Below, in pieces: positions 1 to 8,046 of a stretch of DNA of 63,033 nucleotides (its first letter is position 1; every line of letters begins with the position of its first letter). This DNA is from an uncultured Planctomycetales bacterium (GTDB lineage Bacteria; Omnitrophota; Gorgyraeia; Zapsychrales; Fredricksoniimonadaceae), in the NCBI GenBank assembly GCA_964438075.1, contig CAYTIW010000003.1, positions 16,734-79,766 of the forward strand, written 5' to 3'. The notes below the pieces were generated by a model. The model was given only the letters and a program-made list of their open reading frames with translations. It did not search any database and was not told the origin of the DNA. A program made the translations under genes and the position numbers.

Positions 1-1
1 C

Positions 2-1495
2 GGGTTGTTGTCGGATTATATTAGTCCGTACATAACCATCGGGCTGCCATGGAATATTGGCAGCGCCGCGCTGCTGGGCTCGATGTACGGGGATCTGACG
101 CTGGGCAATATCAGCGCTGACCTGGTCGGGGCGGGGGCTTTGTTTGGCAATCCGGACATGTACGGCACCGGTGGCAATATCATCGGGACGAGCGGTCTGG
201 TCAAGTCCAAGTTGCTTTTGATGCTGGCGCTGCGTAATATCGGTTCTCCTTCGCAGCCGATCAATACCGACGTAGATGCGGTGGGGGCGATTTCCACGGA
301 TGAAGGGGATATCTTCCTCAAGGAAGCCAACGACATCGAGCTGGGGTTGTTCGTGCCGGTGAGCGGCGGGGTGAACTGGTCGGAAGCCAGGACATTATTG
401 GCCAGTGTTGAGGACTCCTTTTACACGGGTATAGGAGTATCTGTGGCGGCCACCGACGGCATCATCCATGTGGAGAGCCAGGGGGACATGCTGGTTAATT
501 CGATCATCAGCCCGTACGGCGGGGTGTACCTGAAGTCCTTCAACGGTTCGATCTATGCCGGGCAGGGCTGGGATCCCACGGTTTATTGCGGGGATGGGTG
601 CGGAGAATTGGCGTATGATATGGCTATGGAACTCTATTTCACCATGGGTGTGGAATTGCCCGAAGACTTCTTAGGTCCGATCCAGTCGGGGCTCGAGATG
701 CTGGTAATGCCGCAGCCTTTCGTGGAGGATGACGGGGAGGGGTCGGGGAATTATTTCCTGCCTTTCATGCTGGGAGAGATATATGACGGCCCCAACGTGA
801 TCGCGGGCGGGCATTCGTATTTCTCGACGCCCAACGGGACGATAGGTGTGGGTTATGTGAGGGATGGGTATAAGAACCCTGACATCAGCGGGCAGATCCT
901 CGGCGTGGTACGTCCCGGGGCCACTGCGGTGACCGGGCTCAACCCCTCGGTGGATCTGGACCTGACGCAGGGTGTTCCGCCGGGTTTGGTATATTACGAT
1001 GACAACAGCGATTACAGCGGTAGTCCTACGGACGGCTCTTCTGTGGCTAACAGCGGACCCAAGCAGGTATGGCCGAAGAAGCCGATAGCGTCGCCGATCC
1101 CGGATAATATTAACCCGCTGAAGGTGCATATCGATGTGTTGCCGGATTCCCATTCGGCCGTTCCGTCCGGGTTTACGCCGCTGGTGTCCGGGTTGACCCT
1201 GCAGATAGGCAATCTGGCCCCGCAACCGCAGCCGCAACCGTTGAACACCGGGGTGTCGCAACTGGTCAACCCGCTGGGGAAGAACTTCCGGGCTTATTAC
1301 GAGATCCTGGATGCTTTCCGCCTGGTCTCTTTTGAGCCGATGACCCCGACCACGTTCTTCGCCTATCATCCGTTAAGCGAAGCTGATGGCGGCGCTTTCG
1401 ATGGCATGAATCTGGATGAGGAAGCCTACGAGTATATTGATGGTAACATCAACTACACTGGTGAGATGAACCCTTATCTGGAGGAGGGTAAATAA
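2..1495 (+). CDS. C-terminal part (5' end cut by the window edge) of a large secreted adhesin-like exoprotein. It is a paralogue of the C-terminal ~490 aa of the TPS-domain protein at 1788..5351.
   Basis: The frame is open from the window edge to the TAA at 1493-1495. It aligns colinearly with the last ~490 aa of the next ORF. Shared blocks include GDIFL-EANDI-LGLFVPVS, DGIIHVESQGDM, GGVYLKSFNGSIYAGQGWDPTVYCGDGCG, GPKQVWP, DNINPLKVHIDVLPDSH and KNFRAYYE. An intrinsic terminator follows. Confidence 0.8.
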   Translation, partial: GLLSDYISPYITIGLPWNIGSAALLGSMYGDLTLGNISADLVGAGALFGNPDMYGTGGNIIGTSGLVKSKLLLMLALRNIGSPSQPINTDVDAVGAISTDEGDIFLKEANDIELGLFVPVSGGVNWSEARTLLASVEDSFYTGIGVSVAATDGIIHVESQGDMLVNSIISPYGGVYLKSFNGSIYAGQGWDPTVYCGDGCGELAYDMAMELYFTMGVELPEDFLGPIQSGLEMLVMPQPFVEDDGEGSGNYFLPFMLGEIYDGPNVIAGGHSYFSTPNGTIGVGYVRDGYKNPDISGQILGVVRPGATAVTGLNPSVDLDLTQGVPPGLVYYDDNSDYSGSPTDGSSVANSGPKQVWPKKPIASPIPDNINPLKVHIDVLPDSHSAVPSGFTPLVSGLTLQIGNLAPQPQPQPLNTGVSQLVNPLGKNFRAYYEILDAFRLVSFEPMTPTTFFAYHPLSEADGGAFDGMNLDEEAYEYIDGNINYTGEMNPYLEEGK

Positions 1496-1536
1496 ACAGT
1501 TAAGTTTGTAACAGCAGGATTCGTCATAACAAGACA

Positions 1537-1563
1537 GGGAGGTCCCCCAGACCTCCCTTTTTT
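1537..1563 (+). terminator. Rho-independent terminator after the first exoprotein gene
   Basis: GGGAGGTC (1537-1544), loop CCCCA, GACCTCCC (1550-1557), then T6 (1558-1563). Confidence 0.85.
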
Positions 1564-1787
1564 GTTTATTTTCGCTTAGAACGTAATGGAATGGGTATGA
1601 AGGTTAAAGGCATGTTAGATTTGCATTCTATACGTTTTTATGTCATCCTTTACCTTATCTAAACATCAGAGCCGCATAAATCCTGAAGGATCATTGATCA
1701 GATCATATTATTAATGGTCTAGATGAGTTATAGCTTTTTTACTTTTTCCCAAACTCTTTAAAACTAACAAATCAGGCGGGTGTTCAA

Positions 1788-4700
1788 ATGTATAAATTAT
1801 TACACAGAACCCTTTCGGTCTTAATGGTTTCTTCCTTGATATTCTCTCCGGTAGGGGGCTATGCGGATGTTGTTATGCCGGATAACGGCACCATAGTTGA
1901 CGGTACCGGTTCGATCGGTACGGTGGTCCAGGACAATGTCAACGGCACTGCCGTCCAGACCATCACCCAGACCAGCGACCGTATGATCGCCAACTGGAAT
2001 TCGTTCTCCATCGGCAGCGGCGGGACCGTGACCTTTATTCAACATAAAACCACCGACATAGCGCTTAACCGCGTGACAGGCGGGACGCCTTCCGAGATAT
2101 ACGGTTCGCTCAGCGCCAACGGGCGTATCTTCCTGGTGAACCCGAACGGGATACTTTTCGGCGTCGGTTCACATGCGGACACCATGGGCCTTTTGGCCTC
2201 TACCCTTGATATAACCGATGCCGATTTCATGGCCGGGAAATATAATTTTGCCGGGACCGGCGGGTCGATAGTGAACGCCGGGACGCTCAGCGCTCCGGGC
2301 GGATTCGTGGCCCTTTTGGGTTCGAGTGTGGAGAACTCCTGTGTGATCGCGGCCGATCTGGGGACCATAGCCCTGGCTTCCGGCAGCGCGGTCACGCTGG
2401 GGCTGGACAGCCAGAACATCATCAGCCTGGTGATCGACCAACCGACGGCGGCTAATCCCTCCGCCAAAGAGGCGGCGGTGGCCAATCTGCCGGGAGGCTC
2501 GATCAAGGCCGACGGAGGAAGGATCTATCTGACCGCCCAGGCACTGGACGGGTTGTTCGACCGGGCCATTAATAATGAGGGCGTGATAGAGGCCGGTTCC
2601 CTGGATATTCACGACGGGGTTGTGGAACTATCAGCCAACGGGGATATAAGGGCATCCGGCACGATATCTGCCGCCGAGGGCATTAAGATCGTTTCCGAAG
2701 GGGATGTCCTTCTGGAGGGCGGTAGCGTAAATGTCGCCATCCAAGGAAGCGGCATATCTTATATTGATATCAGGGGCGAGAACATAACCCTGGACACGGT
2801 TTCCCTCTCGGTCCTTTCTTTGGGAGGGAATTTCAACTGGGCCTATGCACAGTTCTTAGGCGGCAATTCGGTCCGGATCATTGACAGCCATGTCCTGTCC
2901 CGGACCTCCAGCACCATGGATGAAGCCCAGGTCTATATCCAGGGCAGATATATCACCCTTGACGCCAGCGAACTGGTCGCGGAAGCGGTCGGCAACTCCG
3001 ACGGTTCGGCCAAGATCTTCCTGGGGCACGATCCGGAAGATTTTTATCTTGAAGGGGATGTGGATACGGAAGACATAAGCATTATCAACGGCAGCACCCT
3101 CCGCGCTGAAATAGCGAACGGTAATTCCCAGGCACAAGCCATTATCGAAACTGATCTGACCGGAACGCTGGAAAGCGAAGACAGCTCTTTTTACGCCGGG
3201 GCCGGCACGACCGCGGCCGAGGGGTTCGCCAGCGCGGATATCAAACTCAACCTGTTCGGCGAGGGGGCCGGGAATGTGATCCTTTCCGGCAGCGGCCTGA
3301 GCGCGGAGGTCAGCGGTGAAGGCCAGGCGCACGTCCTGGTCTACGGTTCGGGAAAAAAGACAGGCTTCCCGGAGTTCCTGGAGGGCATCCTGGGCTGGAG
3401 CGGCAGCGGCCCCGTCAACGGTTCCATAATAGTGGAAGGCAGCACCATTTCCAGCCGGTCCAACAGCCTTAGCAGTTTCTTGGCTCCGAAAGGTGATCCC
3501 ATTAGTTCCGCCGTGGGTATGATGAGCCAGGGGCCGATCTCGATTGTCAACAGTGCGATTTCAGCCACGGAAAATAATTCTTCCGCCGTGGTCGGGCTTT
3601 TATCGGGGGCAAATATTTCTCTGGACGGGACCAGCAGTATCGGTGCCGTGACCAGCGGGAGCGGTTCGCTGGCAGTGATAGGTATGCTGGCTTTAGGAAC
3701 TGATGAGGCAAATAAATCTCTGGATATCGCCGGTTCGGTATCTGCCGCGGCCGGTGACGGTATCGGGGTGGTGGGTTTGCTGGGGCCGGGAGACGTTAAT
3801 GCCATCGGCACGGTGACCGCCAGCGGAAAAGCGGATTGGATAAGTTTGATCTACGAACTGTTGTCCGGCTCTATGGATCTGCCCTCTATAAACTTGGGGC
3901 TGCCGGGGACCTGGGGCAGCGCGGTCCTTTTGGCTTCGATGTACGGGGATGTTACGTTGGGCAACATAACCGGCGACCTGGTCGGGGTGGCGGCTTTGCT
4001 GGGCAACCCGGACAAGTACGGTACCGGAGGCAATATCATCGGTTCGAGCGGCTTGGTCAGGGCCGATCTGCTGCTCATGCTGGCAAGTCGTAATATTGGG
4101 TCTTCTGCCCAGCCGATCAATACTGATGTGGACGTGGTCGCCGCTATCTCCTCGGAGGAAGGGGACATCTTTTTAAATGAGGCCAACGATATCGCTTTGG
4201 GCCTGTTCGTGCCGGTTAGCGTGGGCGGGGTGAACTGGACCGAAGCAAAAACTTTATTTTCCGGTGAAGAATATACGTTCGATCTGGGTATCGGTGTATC
4301 CGTGGCGGCCGCGGACGGCATCATCCATGTGGAGAGCCAGGGGGATATGGTGGTGAATTCCGTCATTAGCCCGAATGGCGGGGTGTACCTTAAGTCTTTC
4401 AACGGTTCTATCTACGCCGGGCAGGGCTGGGATCCCACTGTTTATTGCGGGGATGGCTGCGGCTGGGTGGTGGACGAACTGGCCTATGAACTATACAAGC
4501 TGGGGGTGGAACTGCCGGAAGGTTCCTACGGCATTATCCAGTACGCCATTGAGATGTTGGTCATGAGGAATCCTTTTGTGCCGGACGACGGCGAGTCTTC
4601 CGGTAATTATTTCTCACCGGTCTTTATCGGCGAGCCGTATGACGGTCCCCATGTGATCGCCGGCGGGTATTCTTATTTCTCCACGCCCAGCGGGACGATC

Positions 4701-5351
4701 GGGGTAGGTTATCCGAGCGGCAAGAACCCGGGGATCAGCGGCCAGGTCCTGGGCGTGGTACGCCCCGGTGCGACGGCAGCGACAGGGCTCAACCCGTCGG
4801 TGGACCTGGACCTTTCGCAGGGCGTCCCGCCGGGCCTGGTATTTTATGATGACAATAACGGGTATAGCGGTGATCCTCTGGACGGTTCCGTAGTGGCTAA
4901 CAGCGGCCCGAAGCAGGTTTGGCCGGAGACCCCGGTGGTGGCACCGGCCCCGGACAATATTAACCCGCTGAAGGTCCATATAGATGTGTTGCCGGATTCC
5001 CATCCGGCCGTTCCGTTATGGTTGGAGGCCTTGGTGGCAGGGTTGACGTTGCAGATCGGCAGCCTGTCCCCGCAACCGCCTCAACCTCAGCCGCCGCTGG
5101 ACGCCTGGGTGGCGCGATTCCTGGAACCGTTAGGGAAGAATTTCCGGGCCTATTACGAAGTCTTGAAGAACTTCCGGGTGGTCTCTTTTGACCCCTTGAA
5201 CCCGACCAATTTTTACGCGTACCACCCGTTAGTTGAGGCCGATACCGGTGCGTTTGACGGTATAAACCTGGACCAGGACGCCTATCAATATATTGACGGT
5301 AAGCTGAATTACAGCGGGAATGTCAGCCCATATCTGGAGGCGGGAAAATAG
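1788..5351 (+). CDS. Two-partner-secretion (TpsA-type) exoprotein with a filamentous-haemagglutinin N-terminal secretion domain; 1187 aa
   Basis: There is an N-terminal signal peptide. A TPS/haemagg_act-type domain follows: TQTSDRMIANWNSFSIGSGGTVTF...ALNRVTGGTPSEIYGSLSANGRIFLVNPNGILFG. After that comes Gly/Ser/Ala-rich beta-helix-like sequence. The C-terminal ~490 aa are paralogous to ORF 2..1495. Confidence 0.88.
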   Translation: MYKLLHRTLSVLMVSSLIFSPVGGYADVVMPDNGTIVDGTGSIGTVVQDNVNGTAVQTITQTSDRMIANWNSFSIGSGGTVTFIQHKTTDIALNRVTGGTPSEIYGSLSANGRIFLVNPNGILFGVGSHADTMGLLASTLDITDADFMAGKYNFAGTGGSIVNAGTLSAPGGFVALLGSSVENSCVIAADLGTIALASGSAVTLGLDSQNIISLVIDQPTAANPSAKEAAVANLPGGSIKADGGRIYLTAQALDGLFDRAINNEGVIEAGSLDIHDGVVELSANGDIRASGTISAAEGIKIVSEGDVLLEGGSVNVAIQGSGISYIDIRGENITLDTVSLSVLSLGGNFNWAYAQFLGGNSVRIIDSHVLSRTSSTMDEAQVYIQGRYITLDASELVAEAVGNSDGSAKIFLGHDPEDFYLEGDVDTEDISIINGSTLRAEIANGNSQAQAIIETDLTGTLESEDSSFYAGAGTTAAEGFASADIKLNLFGEGAGNVILSGSGLSAEVSGEGQAHVLVYGSGKKTGFPEFLEGILGWSGSGPVNGSIIVEGSTISSRSNSLSSFLAPKGDPISSAVGMMSQGPISIVNSAISATENNSSAVVGLLSGANISLDGTSSIGAVTSGSGSLAVIGMLALGTDEANKSLDIAGSVSAAAGDGIGVVGLLGPGDVNAIGTVTASGKADWISLIYELLSGSMDLPSINLGLPGTWGSAVLLASMYGDVTLGNITGDLVGVAALLGNPDKYGTGGNIIGSSGLVRADLLLMLASRNIGSSAQPINTDVDVVAAISSEEGDIFLNEANDIALGLFVPVSVGGVNWTEAKTLFSGEEYTFDLGIGVSVAAADGIIHVESQGDMVVNSVISPNGGVYLKSFNGSIYAGQGWDPTVYCGDGCGWVVDELAYELYKLGVELPEGSYGIIQYAIEMLVMRNPFVPDDGESSGNYFSPVFIGEPYDGPHVIAGGYSYFSTPSGTIGVGYPSGKNPGISGQVLGVVRPGATAATGLNPSVDLDLSQGVPPGLVFYDDNNGYSGDPLDGSVVANSGPKQVWPETPVVAPAPDNINPLKVHIDVLPDSHPAVPLWLEALVAGLTLQIGSLSPQPPQPQPPLDAWVARFLEPLGKNFRAYYEVLKNFRVVSFDPLNPTNFYAYHPLVEADTGAFDGINLDQDAYQYIDGKLNYSGNVSPYLEAGK
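3860..5351 (+). repeat. Second copy of a ~1.5-kb direct (diverged, coding) duplication. The first copy is 2..1495.
   Basis: The nucleotide similarity is visible by eye, e.g. GGCATCATCCATGTGGAGAGCCAGGGGGA and GCCGGGCAGGGCTGGGATCCCAC-GTTTATTGCGGGGATGG occur in both copies. The protein alignment is colinear to the stop codon. Both copies end with similar terminators preceded by AAGACAGG. Confidence 0.85.
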
Positions 5352-5389
5352 CTCTAGACTGACCAAGTAAAGCCCTTTATTTCTAAAAG

Positions 5390-5425
5390 ACAGGAAGTCC
5401 TTCGAAAGGCCTTCCTGTCTTTTTG
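5390..5425 (+). terminator. Rho-independent terminator after the TPS exoprotein gene
   Basis: GACAGGAAG (5390-5398), 13-nt loop, CTTCCTGTC (5412-5420), then T5. Confidence 0.8.
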
Positions 5426-5627
5426 TTTTTAAGGGATATGTGTCGCGGCTCAGGCGACCCTGCGGAAGATGCGCGGATTTATTGATGCGTAGAAAAAGAC
5501 TATATTGATTGCAGAGTATATGAACGCCATATAAAATAAAAAAAGTTAAAGGCAAATACTTTAAATCTTTTCGTGAAGTTTCTGTCATGATGAATATCAG
5601 GCCTGAAAATCAACAGGGAGGGAATGT

Positions 5628-6935
5628 ATGAGAACAGTCATGAGCGGTTTGGTCTTTGTTTTTGTCATGCTGTTGTCCATGCCCGTCTGGGCGGCGGGGT
5701 CGGGAGCGTACCGCATAGAGGTGCCGGATGCCGGCGCCATGGGCAAGGGCGGTGCTTTCGCCGGTGAAGCCAACACCCCGGCGGCTGTGTTTTACAACCC
5801 GGCAGGCATGACCCAGATAGAAAAAGACAGCTTCTCCCTGGGGGTCTCGGTCATTCAGCCGAAGATAAGTTATTCACCTGAGACCGGCGACGAGATCCAG
5901 TTGAAAGCCAATACTTTCTACGTACCGAATTTTTATTACGTGACCGATCTGGGGCTGGAGCGTTTTGCCTTCGGCGTTGGGGCCACCTCGGCTTGGGGGC
6001 TGGCCACGGAATGGGCGCCGGATGTGGCAGTTGTCCGTTACAATGCTACCAGGACAGAGATGATCAGCAAAGATTACATGTTGACCACGGCCTATAAGGT
6101 CACGGACCAGTTTTCTTTAGGGTTGGGGCTGGATATCGACGATTCCCAGGTGGACAAGCAGAAAAAGATAATTCAGATAGGAGAAGGGGACGCGAATTTC
6201 CGCCTCAAGGGCGACAATACCGCCCTGGGCTATCGGGTGGCGGCCCATTACAAGTTCAACGACAAGCATCAATTCGGATTCTTATACCGCAGCCCCATCG
6301 AGCATAAGTATCACGGGAAAGTTTATCTGGACGACCTGGGTACTGTCCCGCAGGCCGCCCTGTTGGGGTTCAGTTATCAGCAGGTCTTCGGCGGACCGTC
6401 CTTTCAGACCGAGGTGGTGGCCAAGTCCACCCTTCCGCAGAGCGCCGTGTTTGGTTACAGCTTCAAGCCGAACAAGAAATGGACCTTCAACGCGGATGTG
6501 GAGTGGATGGACTGGGGCACGATCAAGAAAGAAGAGGTGGGCTATCCTTATGCCGCCCCCAACGCCATTGCCGACGCTATCCTCAATACGGGTAATCCGA
6601 CAAACCGGGACTGGCGCGATGCCTTTTCATTCGGCCTTGGATTGCAGTACAGTATCAGCGAGAGGCTGCGCGTGCGCGGCGGGTATTATTTCCACCAGAC
6701 CCCTGTCTCTCCTGCGACCCAGGATGCCGCCATGCCGGACGCCGATTCGCATTCGCTTACAACCGGCCTCGGTTATGATGTGACTAAAGACTTTACGATA
6801 GACTTTGCCTGGTCTGTTATGTTATATAAAGACCGGAAAATAGAAAATGAGGTTAACGATACCTACGGCGGGATCGACGGAGAGTACAGCGAGTGGGTAA
6901 ATCTGCTTCTGCTAACAGCGACGTATAGTTTTTGA
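5628..6935 (+). CDS. Outer-membrane transport barrel of the OmpP1/FadL/TodX family
   Basis: Signal peptide (..PVWA/AGS). The N-terminal signature is typical of the family: GAMGKGGAFAGEANTPAAVFYNPAGMT. The size is 435 aa and the C-terminus is aromatic (..TATYSF). An RBS GGAGGG lies upstream. Confidence 0.75.
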   Translation: MRTVMSGLVFVFVMLLSMPVWAAGSGAYRIEVPDAGAMGKGGAFAGEANTPAAVFYNPAGMTQIEKDSFSLGVSVIQPKISYSPETGDEIQLKANTFYVPNFYYVTDLGLERFAFGVGATSAWGLATEWAPDVAVVRYNATRTEMISKDYMLTTAYKVTDQFSLGLGLDIDDSQVDKQKKIIQIGEGDANFRLKGDNTALGYRVAAHYKFNDKHQFGFLYRSPIEHKYHGKVYLDDLGTVPQAALLGFSYQQVFGGPSFQTEVVAKSTLPQSAVFGYSFKPNKKWTFNADVEWMDWGTIKKEEVGYPYAAPNAIADAILNTGNPTNRDWRDAFSFGLGLQYSISERLRVRGGYYFHQTPVSPATQDAAMPDADSHSLTTGLGYDVTKDFTIDFAWSVMLYKDRKIENEVNDTYGGIDGEYSEWVNLLLLTATYSF

Positions 6936-7017
6936 CATAACAAGGGCAGCTGCAGTTGAGGTGGTTGGCATCAATATCGTGAGCTGGTCTTTCTAAGTAT
7001 TGTTCGGCAGAAGAAAC

Positions 7018-7055
7018 AAACTCCTGCTGCCCCTTTGGGGCGGCAGGAGTTTTTT
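7018..7055 (+). terminator. Rho-independent terminator after the FadL-like gene
   Basis: A 13-bp stem CTCCTGCTGCCCC / GGGGCGGCAGGAG with loop TTT, flanked by AAA and followed by T6 (7050-7055). Confidence 0.85.
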
Positions 7056-7105
7056 GGTCAGGTTTTTTGTTCGGTAGACAGTCATCGGTATAAAAGGAGG
7101 TCGTG

Positions 7106-7822
7106 ATGAAAAAAGTTTTAGGCATGGCATTGCTGCTCTTGCTCGTTATGGCAGGTTCGGCTCCGGCGGCCGAAATGAAAAAAGCTGCTCTGCAGGTATC
7201 GATCTTAAGTCCGGTGCAGATCGTTCGGGCGGAAGAGTCCATGGCAGGGCTGCGCCTCAACCTGCTCTATTCAGACAACTATAACGTCTCCGGATTGACG
7301 CTGGCCGCGGGCTGGAACAAGACCCGTGGCGACGGTCATGGTGCTGAATTCGGGTTAGCGAACTGGACGGAAGGTTATTTCTACGGATGGAAGGCCGGCC
7401 TTATCGATTATGTGGGGATGCGCTTTGTCGGCGTAGAGACCGCCGTAGTGAATGTGAATAAGGGCGACTCGACCGGTATACAGTGGGGCGCCGTGAACTG
7501 GAATAATGGTTATTTCCATGGCTGGCAGTCGGGCATAGTGAATTATCAAGGCGGGCGCTTTGTCGGTCTCCAGGCCGGAGTTATGAATATGAACAGCGTT
7601 TCATCCTCGGGTCTTCAACTGGGCGCGGTCAATTATGTCGGCGGCGTTGCCAAGGGGATCCAGGTAGGCGGCCTGTGGAATTTCGCGGAGGAGATGCACG
7701 GCCTGCAGATCGGCCTGATAAACGTTACCAATTCTTTGAATGGTTTACAGATCGGGTTGGGCAATTATAACGGCAGAAAAGAGCCGCTGGAGTTCATGCC
7801 AATAGTTAACTGGTCTTTTTGA
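7106..7822 (+). CDS. Secreted repeat protein with about 12 tandem ~15-residue G-[LIVW]-Q-x-G-x-x-N units; possibly a surface or outer-membrane protein
   Basis: RBS AAGGAGG lies 5 nt before the ATG at 7106; the track start GTG 7103 is too close to the RBS. Signal peptide ..GSAPAA/E. Example repeat units are GIQWGAVNWNNGYFH, GWQSGIVNYQGGRFV, GLQAGVMNMNSVSSS, GLQLGAVNYVGGVAK and GLQIGLINVTNSLN. The protein ends ..PIVNWSF. Confidence 0.7.
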   Translation: MKKVLGMALLLLLVMAGSAPAAEMKKAALQVSILSPVQIVRAEESMAGLRLNLLYSDNYNVSGLTLAAGWNKTRGDGHGAEFGLANWTEGYFYGWKAGLIDYVGMRFVGVETAVVNVNKGDSTGIQWGAVNWNNGYFHGWQSGIVNYQGGRFVGLQAGVMNMNSVSSSGLQLGAVNYVGGVAKGIQVGGLWNFAEEMHGLQIGLINVTNSLNGLQIGLGNYNGRKEPLEFMPIVNWSF

Positions 7823-7869
7823 GCAACAGTCTAATCTTTGCCTATCCTGGGGCAGTTTCTTTTTTATCT

Positions 7870-7902
7870 AACCTGCCGGCAGCTATCTGTCGGCAGGTTT
7901 TT
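7870..7902 (+). terminator. Rho-independent terminator after the repeat-protein gene
   Basis: An 11-bp stem CCTGCCGGCAG / CTGTCGGCAGG (one G-U pair), loop CTAT, followed by T5. Confidence 0.85.
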
Positions 7903-8046
7903 CGTTGGTGTTCAATTTGTTTTTTTCCGGCCGGCTCCGCAGTTCGTCATTTACTGAAGGAAAGAGCCTCGGGTTGCACAAGCTTTATTGTTGCGTTTGC
8001 GGGACGGTGAGTTTATCATGGACAAAAAAGGATAAGAGATCTGAAT

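Noticed and set aside
1220-1240. Short tandem nucleotide repeats: CCGCAA/CCGCAG (1220-1240, and 5068-5096 in the paralogue) and GACGGCGGT x3 (53423-53449)
   Set aside because: They are in-frame coding low-complexity segments, namely the Pro-Gln linker of the exoproteins and the Gly-rich Obg fold. They are not CRISPR, VNTR or regulatory repeats.
671-1369. 232-aa minus-strand ORF within the first exoprotein gene, with a counterpart at 4614..5003 in the second
   Set aside because: Both lie antisense to the paralogous exoprotein genes. Their similarity to each other is simply a consequence of the + strand duplication.
1788-5351. Interpretation of the TPS proteins as CdiA-type polymorphic toxins
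   Set aside because: The C-terminal regions of the two paralogues are conserved rather than variable. I see no VENN-like demarcation motif. No small immunity-type ORF follows either gene; each is followed directly by a terminator.
5229-5588. 119-aa minus-strand ORF in the TPS-gene 3' end and intergenic region
   Set aside because: It spans the + strand terminator hairpin and an AT-rich spacer, and it has no RBS or motif.
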